Shown: in pieces, positions 39,249 to 47,948 of the stretch
How positions within the stretch are numbered: position 1 is the first letter of the stretch
How the letters are laid out: each line of letters opens with the position of its first letter
Assembly (NCBI GenBank): GCA_030649135.1
Contig: JAUSGI010000002.1
Location: forward strand, 6,294-70,293
Reading direction: 5' to 3'
DNA length: 64,000 nucleotides
DNA from: a bacterium
GTDB lineage: Bacteria > Patescibacteriota > Minisyncoccia > Phycocordibacterales > Zambryskibacteraceae
The notes under the pieces: model-generated
Told to the model about the DNA's origin: nothing
Database searches by the model: none
What the model saw: only the letters and a program-made list of their open reading frames with translations
Program-made: the position numbers and the translations under genes

Positions 39249-39971
39249 TTAATACGCGCTGATGCCATAGCCCGCAGCCTTGGCATCATCGTAGAACATT
39301 CGTACTGTTTCGAGCGAGTAGACGTCGTGGTCCTTGCCGACGAGCGACAACTTCTTGAGGATGTCGTTGGTTGCCGTGATGATGTGACAACCGACGGAGT
39401 CGGCCTGGAAGACATTGAGAAGCTCGCGTGGGCTGGCCCAGATGAGCTCAGCCTTCGGCCTCGCTCTCATGATCTCGACTGCCTGTTGCATTAACGGCAT
39501 CGGATCAACCCCGGTGTCAGCGATACGCCCTGCAAATACCGAGATGATGGCCGGTGTCCCTGGTGAGAGATGCTCGGTCACGGCCTTCACTTGTTCCAGA
39601 GTGAGTAACGCCGTGACGTTGAGCTTCACGCCAGCGTGCGACAGCCGCTCGATAAGCGGGCCACTCGACTCCCCTGTCGTGTTGGTGACTGGAATCTTGA
39701 CGTAGACGTTATCGCCCCACGAGGCGATGACGCGCGCTTGCGCCTCCATCTCATCGAAGTCGTCAGCGAAAACTTCGAACGACACCGGGCGATCCGAGAT
39801 AGTGGCGAGCACTTCCTTGGCAAACGCCTTGTAGTCAGTGACACCCGCCTTCCTCATCAGCGTAGGGTTGGTCGTGAACCCTTTAATGAGGGGGTTCGCG
39901 TACATCTCCTTCATGCCGGTGAGGTCCGCGCCGTCTGCGAATAACTTGATTTTGAGTTCTTGGATGTTCAT
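39249..39971 (-). CDS. tal: Transaldolase / fructose-6-phosphate aldolase (short Tal/FSA type), GC-rich
   Basis: TTNPTL and the Schiff-base lysine region VYVKIPVT. Its ATG overlaps the stop of the upstream kinase gene (ATGA). Confidence 0.85.
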   Translation of the reverse strand: MNIQELKIKLFADGADLTGMKEMYANPLIKGFTTNPTLMRKAGVTDYKAFAKEVLATISDRPVSFEVFADDFDEMEAQARVIASWGDNVYVKIPVTNTTGESSGPLIERLSHAGVKLNVTALLTLEQVKAVTEHLSPGTPAIISVFAGRIADTGVDPMPLMQQAVEIMRARPKAELIWASPRELLNVFQADSVGCHIITATNDILKKLSLVGKDHDVYSLETVRMFYDDAKAAGYGISAY

Positions 39972-40933
39972 GAGTTTTTCTCCTTTAAGATTTTCACTAA
40001 ATCTTTCCTTCTGGGTGGCATAGTACCATGAATTTTAGTTGAAAGTGCTCCCCAGATATTGGCTATCCTAAGAGATTCTTCAGGTCGGTTTCTATCTCCA
40101 AGACTAAAAGCCGCCAAAAAAGCATCGCCTGCCCCGCAAACATCGACCGCTTTTACTTTATATGGCCGGCTTTTTATATACTGGTCACTAAATATAGCTA
40201 TGGAGCCTAGACCACCCAGTTTAACCACAACATTTTTTAGCTTTAACTTTTTCATTATTACCAAAAGAGACTGCTCAGGCTTTTGGAGATTAAACTTAGG
40301 GTACACACTCTTAGCTTCTTTTTGGTTTAAAAACATCGTGTCTACCCCTTTATATAAATGGTGATTCGAAGGACGGTGAAAAACTTGCACATCGACATGC
40401 AAAGGTTTTTTATATTTCTTACTCATAGCAACAATATTTTTAATCAACTTTTTTGAGAGCATTCCATGCTGGGGGTCCATAATAACAACAACGTCTACAT
40501 GTGGGGCATTAGCTTCCACTAATTTAATTATTTTTTTCTCCAGATCGGAATTAATGTAGTGATTATCAACTTTGTTAACTTGTAGGAGTTTCAGATTTTT
40601 GTCATACCATCTTCTCTTAACAGTCGTTTTCCGGGTCGGATCTATTAAAAAAATCTTTTTTAATTTTGGATGTGTCCACGAATCATAATATTTCGCATCT
40701 TCATCGTCACCCAAGATGGTAACAAAAGTTACCCTCCCCCCGAGATTTAAAATATGACTGGCAATCAGTCCATTACCACCGAAAAATATTGATGACTTTC
40801 TCTCTTCCATTTCTGGCGCAGGAGCATCAGGAGACAGACCGATAGTATTGCCATAAATATAAATATCCAGTATAGTGTCGCCCACTAGCAACACCTTTTT
40901 ATCTTTAAATGACCTTATAATATCTGGCTTCAT
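39968..40933 (-). CDS. PfkB-family sugar kinase, heptose-7-phosphate kinase-like (HldE domain I / RfaE-I)
   Basis: Motifs LLVGDTILDIYIYG, GGNGLIASHILNLGG and DVCGAGDAFLAAFSLG. Confidence 0.7.
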   Translation of the reverse strand: MKPDIIRSFKDKKVLLVGDTILDIYIYGNTIGLSPDAPAPEMEERKSSIFFGGNGLIASHILNLGGRVTFVTILGDDEDAKYYDSWTHPKLKKIFLIDPTRKTTVKRRWYDKNLKLLQVNKVDNHYINSDLEKKIIKLVEANAPHVDVVVIMDPQHGMLSKKLIKNIVAMSKKYKKPLHVDVQVFHRPSNHHLYKGVDTMFLNQKEAKSVYPKFNLQKPEQSLLVIMKKLKLKNVVVKLGGLGSIAIFSDQYIKSRPYKVKAVDVCGAGDAFLAAFSLGDRNRPEESLRIANIWGALSTKIHGTMPPRRKDLVKILKEKNS

Positions 40934-40957
40934 CCATGGTATAATACACTTTTTGCT

Positions 40958-41734
40958 ATGAAATATAAATCTATTCTTCTAGATGTCGACGGGACACTTG
41001 TCGCTGTCGGACCCAATACAATTCCATCTGAAAGAGTGCGAGAAGTCCTAAGCCATGCCAAATATGTGGCACATGTTTCTCTTGTTTCTGGACGTTGTCT
41101 TGATTGGCTCAAAGAAATCTTTCGAGTCCTTGATTTGACAGCTCCTTCTATTATCAACGGTGGTTCACAAATCATTAATCCAAAAACGGGAGAGATTCTT
41201 TGGGAGCGGCCAATCACGCAAGAAGATGTGGGAAAAGTGCTAAGAATAGTTACAAGAGACGGGATTCCTTTTGTGGTCAGTGACAACGGTATTGAGTATG
41301 AGAATCCACCCCAGTCCGAATTTACTAATCCCCTTGCTATAAAACTTTCGTATTTTGATTCTAAAGAGAAATCTGACCAGTGTCTAAAGATTCTAGAATC
41401 GATACAGGGTATTTCGGCCCATAAAACTTTTTCCTGGAATAAAGAAAGAAACTACATAATGGATATATACATCACTCATAGAGAAGCCACCAAACATCAC
41501 GCTGCCGAAGAATTAGCAAAAATTTTAGGAATTGAAACTCATGAAATGATAGGGGTTGGTGATGCTCGAAACGACGTTCCCCTGCTCAATGTGTGTGGAC
41601 TAAAGGTGGCTATGGGTAACGCCGACGACAAACTGAAGAAAATTGCTCATTACATTGCCCCTAGTGTAGACGAGGACGGTGTGGCTCACGTGGTGGAGAA
41701 GTTTATTCTTTCTCAATTGGTCTGTTCTGGCTAG
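40958..41734 (+). CDS. HAD-IIB (Cof/YidA-like) sugar phosphatase
   Basis: LLDVDGTL and GVGDARNDVPLL. Confidence 0.7.
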   Translation: MKYKSILLDVDGTLVAVGPNTIPSERVREVLSHAKYVAHVSLVSGRCLDWLKEIFRVLDLTAPSIINGGSQIINPKTGEILWERPITQEDVGKVLRIVTRDGIPFVVSDNGIEYENPPQSEFTNPLAIKLSYFDSKEKSDQCLKILESIQGISAHKTFSWNKERNYIMDIYITHREATKHHAAEELAKILGIETHEMIGVGDARNDVPLLNVCGLKVAMGNADDKLKKIAHYIAPSVDEDGVAHVVEKFILSQLVCSG

Positions 41735-42860
41735 CTTCTTTGAGAGCTTCTACTGCCGCAGTTATAACATCTTCAAGACGGGTGGACTCCGCTATGCGCT
41801 CCGCTTCTTTAACATCGTGATTCCGCGTGTTCATAATACAAAGTAATGGTTTGGGTCCTCCGGGGGGAAAGACCATCTTGTGAATTTTGCCTTGCGGCGG
41901 CTGGTCCCATGGATTAACTGGGCCGAGGATATCGACCGTTGGGATATTAAAGGCTTCAGCAATGTATAGAGGGCCAGTATTGACACTCACAAAAACATCC
42001 AGCTTCGATATGATCGCCTTTAATTCGTCTATTGATACAGAAGTGGTATCAGTCACCATTGATTTATCCTCGATCGCCAACATCATTTCATTAGACTCGC
42101 GTAGGTCGTTCCTACCGCCAATAACAAAAATATGGACGCTAAACTTTTCGATAAGATGATTCGCTACTTTGGCAAAATTTTTTGGACTCCATTGCTTTTC
42201 TTTATTACCAGAACCGGCTGCAATACCAACGATATATTTGTATGGTTCACATATTTGAGAAATTATCTCCGCAGCCCTTTTTTCAGCAGTTTCGGAAAAG
42301 CCAAGGTGTTTGGTGGTATCGTCTGTAAAAATACCGAGTGATTCGAGAGCTTTCAATCTTTCTCTGGGAGCATATCCATCCAACTGATGCGGAAAGGTCT
42401 TAATAAGCCTCTGAAGAATTTTATAGGGCCTGGTCACATCATGGGCTACACCTCCCACGGCAGCCGGAGCTATCACTAAGGGAATCCCGGCAAGGTAAAG
42501 TAGAGAGGTGTGTTTAAATGATGGGCCAGTCACTATCGCTACTTCAGGATGATATTTTTTAATACGTTCTGTAGCCCCTTCATCCTCCAGATCAACATAT
42601 TCATTAACCAATCTACTGTCCGACAAAAGTGGACGATGCAATTTAGAATTACCCGCTACGATAATACGCGCTTTCGGTAAGTGCGCTCGAATGGCACGCA
42701 AGACTGGTGTAGCACAGACCACATCGCCCAGTTTACCAGTTGGCACCACCACAATATCGGAAATGCTTTTGGGAATCTTAGTGGCAGTTCCGTGGAAAAG
42801 TGCCCTTATTAGACATTGGACAAGAAGTAGCATTCTATTGGCTCTATTTAAAAAATCCAT
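41703..42860 (-). CDS. Glycosyltransferase family 9 (ADP-heptose:acceptor heptosyltransferase, RfaF/RfaC-like)
   Basis: GT9 architecture: PTGKLGDVVCATPVLRAIR, then GIAAGSGNKEKQWSPKNF and the VNTGPLYIAEAFNIP region. Confidence 0.8.
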   Translation of the reverse strand: MDFLNRANRMLLLVQCLIRALFHGTATKIPKSISDIVVVPTGKLGDVVCATPVLRAIRAHLPKARIIVAGNSKLHRPLLSDSRLVNEYVDLEDEGATERIKKYHPEVAIVTGPSFKHTSLLYLAGIPLVIAPAAVGGVAHDVTRPYKILQRLIKTFPHQLDGYAPRERLKALESLGIFTDDTTKHLGFSETAEKRAAEIISQICEPYKYIVGIAAGSGNKEKQWSPKNFAKVANHLIEKFSVHIFVIGGRNDLRESNEMMLAIEDKSMVTDTTSVSIDELKAIISKLDVFVSVNTGPLYIAEAFNIPTVDILGPVNPWDQPPQGKIHKMVFPPGGPKPLLCIMNTRNHDVKEAERIAESTRLEDVITAAVEALKEASQNRPIEKE

Positions 42861-42888
42861 GTCGTTTTTTATAATTATAATACAAAGT

Positions 42889-42917
42889 GGGGCGGAGAGC
42901 TTGTGACTCCCCGCCCC
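42889..42917 (-). terminator. Hairpin GGGGCGGAGAG / CTCCCCGCCCC
   Basis: Downstream (minus strand) of the rSAM gene stop, followed by an A/T-rich tract. Confidence 0.5.
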
Positions 42918-42923
42918 GGTTTC

Positions 42924-44450
42924 TCAAGTAGTTTTTCCGCCCTCCCATCGCGTCCCGATTTCTATCTGGAGACGCTTTCTGCGGTACTCCTCCGAGTTGA
43001 CGCCAAACTCCGCCCATTGTTGCAGTTCCTCGATTCTTTCCGGAGGTACTGTCGTGTTCTTCATGACAGCATTCCTCCAGTTAAAAATATCGGGGTCGAA
43101 GTCTTGCACCAAGTACCCGTCACGCAGAGCCAAATCATGTAGGTTACTGCCGGGCAGAGGAACAGGGATCTTGAAAGAACAGTAATCTGCCCCCGCACCC
43201 ACCAGCCGCCGGCCGAGCTCGATCGAGGACATCATCTCTGCCTCGGTCTCGTCCGGGAAACCGATCATCATGTTGATGGGGCACGTGATACCGATATTCC
43301 TCGCAACCCTCACCAGCTCGACTACATCGAGTCGTTCATGGTTGAGCTTCCTCGTCGCATGCTGGTCAAGAATGCGCTGGGAAGCTGACTCCACCGGGAA
43401 AACGATCTGTGTGAGACCGCAGTCATAGAGGAGTTGCAGGAACTCTACATCGATGACCGGCTTGCCTCCGACGCTTCCCTTGAGAAAGTGCACCAGATTC
43501 ACTCCGTTCACGTCAGCGAGCTTGAGCCCCAGGCCTCGGACTTTCCCGAGAATCTTACGCATCCGCGGCTTGTTGGCCAGGAGCGTATCATCCTCGAGGT
43601 AGACTTTTGTGACACCAAGGCTCTTGAGTATTGAGAGCTCTTCGAACACCCGCGCTTCGGACTTGAAGCGCAACTTGGCGATCCCGCCACTCTCCTCTTC
43701 ATTTTCACTTTCTTTAGAGATGTGGCAGTACGAGCACTTGAAAATACATCCGCGGGATGTTTGCATGTTCCCGGAACGCTCTGGGTCTTTGAGAAAGGCC
43801 CTTCCGCCAGCTGCTTCGGCACGATCGTAATGCATCCAGGGAAGCTTGTGCCATGCCGGGATGGGCAGAGCATCAAGATTAGTGAGCGTATCCCCCACTT
43901 GAGGAAAACGTCTCACGATTCTCCCATTCTGCATGGTGACTGTTCCAGAGACGGCGAGACTTTCCCCCGCTTCCCAGGCTTGGATGACCTCGACGACCAC
44001 CCGCTCACCTTCGGTATTGCAAATGGCATCTACGCCGGCCGCGAGGAACCGTTTGTGAAGAGCTCGGGCGTTAACGCCACCGGCAATGACCAGGATTTCC
44101 GGAGATACTGCCTTGGCCGCCTTGACGACTTCAAGTGCCATCCTGTGCTGCGGAGTGAAAATGGAGCTAAGACCGACAACGTTGTAGCCACCACGAGCGA
44201 TGACCTCACTCATCCGATCGGTCGTCATGCCGATACGGGTGAGGCCGTTTTCCTGCATGACAAGCTTGTCGAAGGTGTCTTCAAGCTTGTCATCCGGCGT
44301 GCCGACATTGGCGTCGAGCAACTCCGACTCAATACCGGCTCGTTCGAGCGAGGCATCGAGATACAAGAGACCGAGCGAACCATCGACACGACGGGCTTCT
44401 CTCTTCGCCAACTGGGTAGGATGGTAAATGAGCAGAGCTTTTGCCTTCAC
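42924..44450 (-). CDS. B12-binding domain radical SAM enzyme (class B rSAM, methyltransferase-like), GC-rich
   Basis: N-terminal cobalamin-binding-like Rossmann region and the radical SAM cluster motif SRGCIFKCSYCH. GTG start preceded by SD AGGGGGG. Confidence 0.8.
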   Translation of the reverse strand: MKAKALLIYHPTQLAKREARRVDGSLGLLYLDASLERAGIESELLDANVGTPDDKLEDTFDKLVMQENGLTRIGMTTDRMSEVIARGGYNVVGLSSIFTPQHRMALEVVKAAKAVSPEILVIAGGVNARALHKRFLAAGVDAICNTEGERVVVEVIQAWEAGESLAVSGTVTMQNGRIVRRFPQVGDTLTNLDALPIPAWHKLPWMHYDRAEAAGGRAFLKDPERSGNMQTSRGCIFKCSYCHISKESENEEESGGIAKLRFKSEARVFEELSILKSLGVTKVYLEDDTLLANKPRMRKILGKVRGLGLKLADVNGVNLVHFLKGSVGGKPVIDVEFLQLLYDCGLTQIVFPVESASQRILDQHATRKLNHERLDVVELVRVARNIGITCPINMMIGFPDETEAEMMSSIELGRRLVGAGADYCSFKIPVPLPGSNLHDLALRDGYLVQDFDPDIFNWRNAVMKNTTVPPERIEELQQWAEFGVNSEEYRRKRLQIEIGTRWEGGKTT

Positions 44451-44508
44451 GGTGTGTTCCCCCCTTGATTTTGGAACGTTTCTTGAAACAGATTAACAGA
44501 AATATCAA

Positions 44509-45684
44509 TTAAGTCAAGGTCTTTTTTATAAATTCGGCGATAGCGATGCCGCGTTTTTCCCAAGTGTATTTATCTTTAGTAATCCAGGCTTGGTTCGACA
44601 AACTTTGGGCCAGTTCTCGGTCATTATAGATTTTTAGGATAGCCTTCGCCCACCCTTTCGGAGTATTCGTCTCTATAATCAGGGCATCGGCTCCGTCGGT
44701 AAGCACCTCTTCGATACATGCTGTATGACCACCAACAATCGGCCGGCGACTAGCAAGTGCCGGAAACATTTTGGCAGGAGAATCCCCTATTAAATCTTTC
44801 TTTCGTTTTGGGATAAGAATGATATCGAATGCCTGTAGATATTTCGGTATCTCGCTCCTTTCCTGCCACGGCACAATAATTACCCGCCCTTGGACACCAC
44901 TTTCTTGCGCAATTTCTCGTAACCATCCCGCATTCTCGTTCAGTTCACCCACAATCACAGCCACGATATTTGTCGGTAGAGATGCAAGGCTCTTCACGAT
45001 ATCGTCCACTTCATAGTAGTCATTATTCGGATTGGCTCCGACCACACCGGTGTATCCTATAAGAAATAAATCGTTGGGAAGCTCTAATTCTTTCCGAAAT
45101 GTGTATCTGTCTTGCGAATAGTCAAACCATGAATCCTCGGCCGCGCTACACAGAGAGAGCAGAATACTGTGATTGGATTTTTGATAATACCGTTTAAGTC
45201 CAGAACTGATGGCAATTACGCCGTCCGCCCATCTTACTGAAACCGTATTCAAAAATTGCCTAGGCTTGCTTTCCAGCACCGAATGTATCTCGAAAAACAC
45301 TTTTTTCTGCAAAATCATCTTCGCCGCCAAGACTGCGGGGAAAAGCGACTCGTCTCGAAAATAAACCGCGTCGAATTCTCCCGTATGCATGAGGAAAAAC
45401 CAGGTGAGACGAAGATTGGCAACAAAAAACATAAATAGTTCATACCAACTCTTACCGCCATACCTGGAGACGGTATTTGTCGCTTGTAGGCAGACAATAT
45501 CAAATGGCTGATGGATACCCATCTTGCTGAAGAAGACGTGCCTGTCTCTATCTTGGTCCGTTGTCATAAACCTGACTTGAATATCTTTGTCGGTATTTAC
45601 GGCTTCACATGTTTTAGCCAGATTATAAACATTGGTCCTTCCGGCCAAAAGATTTACCCTAGAGATAAAGAGTATGCGTATCAT
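44509..45684 (-). CDS. Glycosyltransferase, GT-B fold (GT4-like)
   Basis: C-terminal Glycos_transf_1-like region with conserved acidic residues. Confidence 0.65.
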   Translation of the reverse strand: MIRILFISRVNLLAGRTNVYNLAKTCEAVNTDKDIQVRFMTTDQDRDRHVFFSKMGIHQPFDIVCLQATNTVSRYGGKSWYELFMFFVANLRLTWFFLMHTGEFDAVYFRDESLFPAVLAAKMILQKKVFFEIHSVLESKPRQFLNTVSVRWADGVIAISSGLKRYYQKSNHSILLSLCSAAEDSWFDYSQDRYTFRKELELPNDLFLIGYTGVVGANPNNDYYEVDDIVKSLASLPTNIVAVIVGELNENAGWLREIAQESGVQGRVIIVPWQERSEIPKYLQAFDIILIPKRKKDLIGDSPAKMFPALASRRPIVGGHTACIEEVLTDGADALIIETNTPKGWAKAILKIYNDRELAQSLSNQAWITKDKYTWEKRGIAIAEFIKKTLT

Positions 45685-46430
45685 AGTCTTACATCTTTAC
45701 GCTTGACTTCTTCTTGATGATAAAGTGGAAGAAGAGCCTCGTAAGAACCGACTTCGGCCCCAATACTTTCAAAGTAACGCGGGAAATATTTCCCGCAATT
45801 TAACCGCAAGGTTTCGGAACTAAGTTTTATTTTGGATAGAAAGTTAAAAAGGTCAAATCCAGCGAGGGTAGAAACACCGGCATAATCGTAGTCGATAAGG
45901 TAAATATCTTTTTCCGAGACAAGGACATTATCCGGTGTCATGTCTCCATGTTGGGTAATCACGGGCAATCTAATATTATCGGGAAGTGTCTGAAATTCCT
46001 TGGTATTTTGTGCCAAATGAGACTGCCAAGCAATATAGTTTTCCATCACCAGCTCCACGTCTTGAGTTGAAGCCGAAAATCTCACCCCTGGGCAAACGGA
46101 TTCAATACAAAATACTATTTTCCCATCATCATAGAGATAAAGTGGAAGAGCAAAGAGGCTGGAATGAACACTTCCCTTCACCTCTTCTTGAAGCTTCTGA
46201 AGATTATGATGATTCTCCCTGATACTCTCTCCCGCCGCGTAAGTACGAGTAGTTTTAACACAAAGGGTTGGCCATTTTTCCTCTTCTTCAAAGACAAAGA
46301 TGAGAACCTTGCCTTGGTCGACTTTAGTCCCAGAAGCCGGAGTACTGGTCTTCATAAACGACAGTTTGCTCTCTCTGGCATGAAGCCATTCTGGATGCTC
46401 TTTTATAAGCTTGGTTAGAATAGCAATCAT
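45681..46430 (-). CDS. Protein-kinase-like-fold phosphotransferase (APH / choline kinase / LPS core kinase-like)
   Basis: Catalytic loop HGDMTPDNVLV and the metal-binding motif YLIDYDYAG. Confidence 0.55.
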   Translation of the reverse strand: MIAILTKLIKEHPEWLHARESKLSFMKTSTPASGTKVDQGKVLIFVFEEEEKWPTLCVKTTRTYAAGESIRENHHNLQKLQEEVKGSVHSSLFALPLYLYDDGKIVFCIESVCPGVRFSASTQDVELVMENYIAWQSHLAQNTKEFQTLPDNIRLPVITQHGDMTPDNVLVSEKDIYLIDYDYAGVSTLAGFDLFNFLSKIKLSSETLRLNCGKYFPRYFESIGAEVGSYEALLPLYHQEEVKRKDVRL

Positions 46431-47329
46431 TTCTGTACTACTATGCCAAAACTAAAGAAAAAATAGCGATAGAGCCACAACAAGATTGATGAGTGCACAA
46501 TGGAGTGCAGGGCATACGAGAGCGCATTTAGATTGTCATATGGAATCATCATTCGTGGCAAATTATATCCCGGGTATGTAAGGTAAAATTCTATATTATT
46601 GAAGCCGGCTTCGCGGAGAAGTTTCTCATAGCCACTTTTGGTATAAGTGTAGGTATCGTAACTTCTCCCTCTCCTCAACTTCATGTAGATATTAGCTACA
46701 AAACGTGGCATGTAGCTCGTAAAGTAAAGTCCGCTGTGGTCCCGGCCTCGTAGATAGGCCAAGGCGAAGCGATTCTCGATGCCAATATAGAGATGCCCGC
46801 CTTTTTTTAATAAATCTTTGGCGATTTTTAAACTGGCGATTTGCGCCTCTCGGGGGTCGTGAAAGCGCTCTGTAGCACCGACCCATTCCAGAAGTCCATT
46901 CATGACAATTAAGTCAAAGCTCTCTTTTCCAAAAGGTTTGTCCAAAATATCTCCCACATAGACCTCGATATTTTTGAGACCCTCTTTTTCGGCTCTTAAT
47001 TTCAGAAACTTCATCCGCAAATATGAACCATCAAGAGCCACAACACTTGACGCAACCCTGGCCAGCGGAATACTAATCCGCCCCATACCGGCCCCAACGT
47101 CCAAGACTCTAAAGTCCTCGGCCAGAGGAATAACGAAGCGCCAATCAGCCCTGTTTTCCTCAAAAGTTTGGTCAAATTTATTGCTGAAACGACTTCTAAA
47201 CTCATCCCATCCCTCCTTTTCTATCACTTCAACGGCTCTCTCCAGCTCTTCTTTGGGCGCTTTTCCCCAATAACGATCTTCGGAGAAAAAGGGTATGCCT
47301 TCAACTATTTTCTTATAATTTGCGTTCAT
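46427..47329 (-). CDS. Class I SAM-dependent methyltransferase
   Basis: VLDVGAGMGRISI and FDLIVMNGLLEWV. Confidence 0.75.
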   Translation of the reverse strand: MNANYKKIVEGIPFFSEDRYWGKAPKEELERAVEVIEKEGWDEFRSRFSNKFDQTFEENRADWRFVIPLAEDFRVLDVGAGMGRISIPLARVASSVVALDGSYLRMKFLKLRAEKEGLKNIEVYVGDILDKPFGKESFDLIVMNGLLEWVGATERFHDPREAQIASLKIAKDLLKKGGHLYIGIENRFALAYLRGRDHSGLYFTSYMPRFVANIYMKLRRGRSYDTYTYTKSGYEKLLREAGFNNIEFYLTYPGYNLPRMMIPYDNLNALSYALHSIVHSSILLWLYRYFFFSFGIVVQK

Positions 47330-47940
47330 TTTGTTACCTCTAAATTCAGAGAATTATCACGATTTGATTTGTCATGAAATTCATGATGTTCGGCACTTTC
47401 GACATCCCATGGTCTCAACTGACCGGAAAAACCCGCTTCTTTAAGAATCTTTTTTGCATAATTAAAATTCCAGATAGTGCAATGCCTATCAAAGTCCTGA
47501 TCTTGGCCAAGAAGCTGATTAATAATGCTATCCGTTTCTTTCCCGGACGCGTTATAAAAATCTATGAGCTTGTCGAAATCAGGAACTCCAAATCTTAGGA
47601 TACCTCCCGGCTTAAGTACTCGCCGCCATTCTGCCAAAGTCCCAAGGAGATTGCTTCTGGGAATATGCTCGAGAACGTGACTGGCGTACACCATGTCAAC
47701 CGACTCATTGGGAAAGACCGAAAGGTCTCGGATATCCAAAACCAAATGGGTCTTGCGAAACGGAAAAGCATCAATATTTATAAATTCCGATGAGGTATTT
47801 ACCCCGCTGCCCAAATTCAGATAAATCTTTCCATCTTTATTCTTTGGAATCCTCTCCCTAAAAATTAAAAACTTTATACGCCACAAGAGACGATAAAGCC
47901 ATAATCTCGATGGTAGAGTCCATGCTTTGAATTTATCCAT
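47326..47940 (-). CDS. Class I SAM-dependent methyltransferase
   Basis: LNLGSGVN, VDMVYASHVLEHI and LKPGGILRF. Confidence 0.75.
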   Translation of the reverse strand: MDKFKAWTLPSRLWLYRLLWRIKFLIFRERIPKNKDGKIYLNLGSGVNTSSEFINIDAFPFRKTHLVLDIRDLSVFPNESVDMVYASHVLEHIPRSNLLGTLAEWRRVLKPGGILRFGVPDFDKLIDFYNASGKETDSIINQLLGQDQDFDRHCTIWNFNYAKKILKEAGFSGQLRPWDVESAEHHEFHDKSNRDNSLNLEVTK

Positions 47941-47948
47941 AGAAAAAC

